From NCBI GenBank assembly GCA_002104905.1, contig MCFE01000015.1, positions 124,001 to 188,000 of the forward strand: DNA of 64,000 nucleotides. The letters run 5' to 3'. Both the position numbers and the translations under genes were made by a program. Each line of letters starts with the position of its first letter. The stretch's first letter is position 1. Positions 60,906-64,000 of this stretch are shown piece after piece. The notes under the pieces were generated by a model that had not been told where the DNA came from, did no database searches, and saw nothing but the letters and a program-made list of their open reading frames with translations. The DNA is from Basidiobolus meristosporus CBS 931.73 (Eukaryota; Fungi; Basidiobolomycota).

Positions 60906-63119
60906 ATGCCTAGCAATGGATTTATCTTGGAGACTGTTCAAGGACAGCAGAATGCTTTAGAGAGTTTATTACGCAGTAGTCAAGAGGTCCGTCAAGTACT
61001 GGACTTGTTTGGGAACGAGAATGAGATTTGTGCTGCTGACTTGTTGGAGTACTCTGATACGAATGCTCCAGAAACTGTTAAAAGGCTGTGGGATCAAGTG
61101 CAGAGCCAACGCATAGGAACCGGCCACTCGTTGATCCCGTTAAAGGCAATTTATCACACTTTGGAAGACACTGCAGATATATTTGAGGTCAAGGAGAGCA
61201 AAGAAAGCACTGGGCTAGTCCATTTAAAATGGTCTTTCTTACTACAAGTGTCCATCAATGCGTATGCGCAATTGCTGCAAAAACTCGTCACAGTCACGCT
61301 TCCACTATCCAAGGATATAATGTATTGGGAAGAATGTCAAAGTTCCCGTCTTTACGTCTCTAACTACCTGATACAAAGTACTGGGGTAATTCCTATCTGC
61401 TGTTGGAGGTATTCATCGCACTAACGTATTTTTGTGCCACGTAGCGGGACCCAGTCGCGTCTTTCAAGTGGTGAGACAGTTGTATTCCTCGGTCGAGAAG
61501 AATCCAAATGTCCTGCTTTCCTTATTTCCATCGTGGGTAAAGACCCTACCCACACGCAACACCGGCGTTCTCCAATTAGCGAACAGAGAGATTGCCCACA
61601 AAATGACTCGACTGAAAATGATTCGAAAATATAACGCCGCCTGTCTGGGGCTGATGACGGAGAGAGGCCTTGACCTCAAGAAATCGTGTCAAGACATCAG
61701 AGCAGTTAAGAGAAGCGTATCTTATTTTGTGAAGCTGATGAAGGCGCTTCTGACGCAGGCCACCTGCTTCGATTTTGATACCGAAACGCCAGATATTAAC
61801 GAAGTAATCCGCTCAGGTAAAGTCTAGTCTAGTCTCGGAATCCGTCAGCCTTTAGTTGATTTAACCATATCTATTGAGCAGTGGATGATGATACGCTTGA
61901 GTTGGTTGACGCTCACCACTCAATCCGTGAATTGCTCCAGCTGTTGAACACCTTCGAGGAACGGAACCAACGCGCTGTAACCCTTTACGGTCGACCTAAT
62001 CTGGTCACTCGTTACTGGCTCCCCCTGACCATTGGATACACTACGCTAAGCCTCACAACATCCACTGTGTTTGCTCACAAAGCTAGCATAGAGTTGTGGT
62101 TGACAGAGTCTCAGGCCACAATCCACGATTTCTTGTATGACTGGGTTTTCGTTCCGATGAAGCGGATTTGGGACACAATCCGACATAGAGAGCAACGGCT
62201 GACCATCATGGGCCCCGAATCTTTGAATAGCGACTTTGAGGTTCGTTAGCATACCAATCAACAAATCGCTTGGTTTACATGTCCTGACTCGAGATGAATA
62301 GTCACTAGAGAGAATGGTGTTGGATTTTGCCAAGAAGCACAACCAGTTGGATGAGGTTCAGTTTAATGAATTGGCTAGCAGAGTTCGGGAGGGTGATCTT
62401 TCGGTGGTCTTGCGTAAATATGAGCAGGAGATACAGGTAATTACTTGGCTTGTTCGAATACAAGGAAGTGCACTAAATGGCTCAATTCTTCTACCATTAG
62501 AACCCCTTCAAGAGTGCTCTTTTCGGTAAGTTGTAGTGGTAAGGGCTGTGAAGGGGCCGGTTTGCTAATCGTCAAACAATAGGTGATCTTGTCCAAGCGT
62601 TGTTGATCCAGGTGCAAAAGACCAAAGTTGATGTTGAGCTTGCAATGTCTGCTTTAGATAAATTGCTACGTTCGAATGAATTGAACTTTGGTTTTATTGC
62701 AGTGATACCTTCATTGCTGATTGTGTATGGTGTCTTTCGGTCCATCCGAAGCTCCTGGAGAAGTCGCGAAGGCCTAACTATGTCCAAGACCCATCAGCAA
62801 ATACGAGATATCCTAAGGTACAGTTACTTTCCGGTCAGCCTGCTACCCACATACTAACCTCGGGTCCAATAGAGATGTAGAGCGTATTCTGAATAATCAC
62901 ACCGGCCCAGAGTCCGCGCTTGATTTCCAGGCACAAGGCCTTTTGCTGTGCGAGCTTCAGCTCCTCAGAGTGTATGCAGACCGTCTACCCAAGAAATACC
63001 GAATTCGCCAGAAGTTCCTGAGCGATTTGCGCGAGTTGGAATCCACCAAATACACGGTTAGACAGCGATTGAATACCATGAACCGGATGTATCGAACATA
63101 CAAGTTCTTGAGGCCTTGA
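60906..63119 (+). CDS. NCA2: NCA2 (ATP synthase regulation protein / DGS1 family), multi-exon
   Basis: RYWLPL, WVFVPMKRIWDTIRH, GDLSVVL..YEQEI, ALLIQVQKTKVDVELAMSALDKLLRSNELNFGFIAVIP and RMYRTYKFL. Confidence 0.92.
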
Positions 63120-63446
63120 TGCATTCCCATTTTATAAAGTTCACTGCATATTCATCACCACCAACTCTGATTTAATATCCCTGTATGTAAAGCATTTGAT
63201 TATACTAATGCCGATTTAGTTATTGGGTTCTAGATTAAGGATATAAATTGAGCGTTGGTCATACAATAGAATCACCTTCTCCTAACGCTAACTACAAAAC
63301 GATTGTCTGTAACAATACTGGTCACAAGCAAGATTGAACACCCACCTTTGTCTCGAAACCCTGTTTGTTCGTAAACCACCTTTATCCCCGTTCACTTGCG
63401 ACCACTTCTATATAGTCTGCTTATTGTTTGACCTGTATCATCAGAG

Positions 63447-64000
63447 ATGGCGGAACCAGGAGGGGGCTCGTCTACCGACCCAAATGAAGCTTTTATAACC
63501 TTTCTCATATACTGCCTGGTAGTGGTCACTGTTGTTTTATTCTTTCTTTTCTACGTGAATCGAGTGTTTGCGCAGATCCTATCAAAGTTAATTAGTATAT
63601 ACACCTGGAAGAAATACCGAGCATATTTCGAAATAGGTAGGGAACCACAACCTGCTTCTTTCTGAACCTTAATACCCGACCGAGTTGCTAATATTTGGCC
63701 TTCCTCGCTATTGCAAACTAAAAGACGCACTTCAATTTTCGTTATTGGGGGGAAGAGTACTATTTAAAAACTTCCGCTACTACTCGAGAAACCAATCGAT
63801 CTTCATATTACAAGGACACATCACCTTTCGATATTGGTTTCTGAGGGTTCGAGAGGAAAAAAATACAGAAAACTCGTACGAATCGAGCATTCCGGATAAC
63901 CCTGCTGCGCAAGAACGCCGTGAAGGTGCTTACTTTAAAAATTCCTTTATTTCGACCATTTGACTGACTCGATTCTATCCGGTACCATTTATCTAGTTAA
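63447..64000 (+). CDS. CSF1: Csf1/BLTP1 bridge-like lipid transfer protein, 5' part (runs off the window)
   Basis: N-terminal TM, then FYVNRVFAQILS, ALQFSLLGGRVLFKNFRYYSRNQSIFILQGHITFRYW. Confidence 0.88.

Noticed and set aside
27908-64000. Lipid-metabolism gene cluster (ELO, ERG7, CSF1, SURF4)
   Set aside because: The genes are spread over 36 kb among unrelated housekeeping genes and are not consecutive pathway steps.

Overview
Eukaryotic, intron-containing DNA, most consistent with an early-diverging fungus (velvet, ERG7, NCA2 and CSF1 occur together with animal-like LAMTOR5, HGSNAT-like and MUL1-like genes). The species cannot be fixed from sequence alone. The window has two sharply different compartments. 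(1) ~1-20.8 kb is a CpG-depleted block of nested, dead transposons: a tandem Ty3/gypsy array sharing an LTR, Ty1/copia relics with four copies of one LTR, a CACTA/EnSpm transposase, an uncharacterised multi-copy ORF family, foldback MITEs and inverted repeats. (2) ~21-64 kb is gene-dense with normal CpG content: S6K-like kinase, LAMTOR5, PH-domain protein, HGSNAT/NagX-like acetyltransferase, a candidate 52-aa secreted peptide, MRPS12, ELO elongase, RING-less MUL1/GIDE-like protein, NUP192, velvet, eIF4E, REC8, an SREK1-like RRM gene with an in-frame stop, two BTB paralogues, ERG7, a PY-motif orphan, two SURF4/ERV29 paralogues, VPS11, NCA2 and the 5' part of CSF1. No CRISPR, rRNA or tRNA was recognised, and no single clearly novel multi-gene system can be demonstrated. 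The best leads are the HGSNAT/NagX-like HGT candidate, the RING-less GIDE protein, the small secreted peptide, the S6K-LAMTOR5 adjacency and the CACTA-linked ORF family. Exon boundaries and family assignments were read by eye without database searches.
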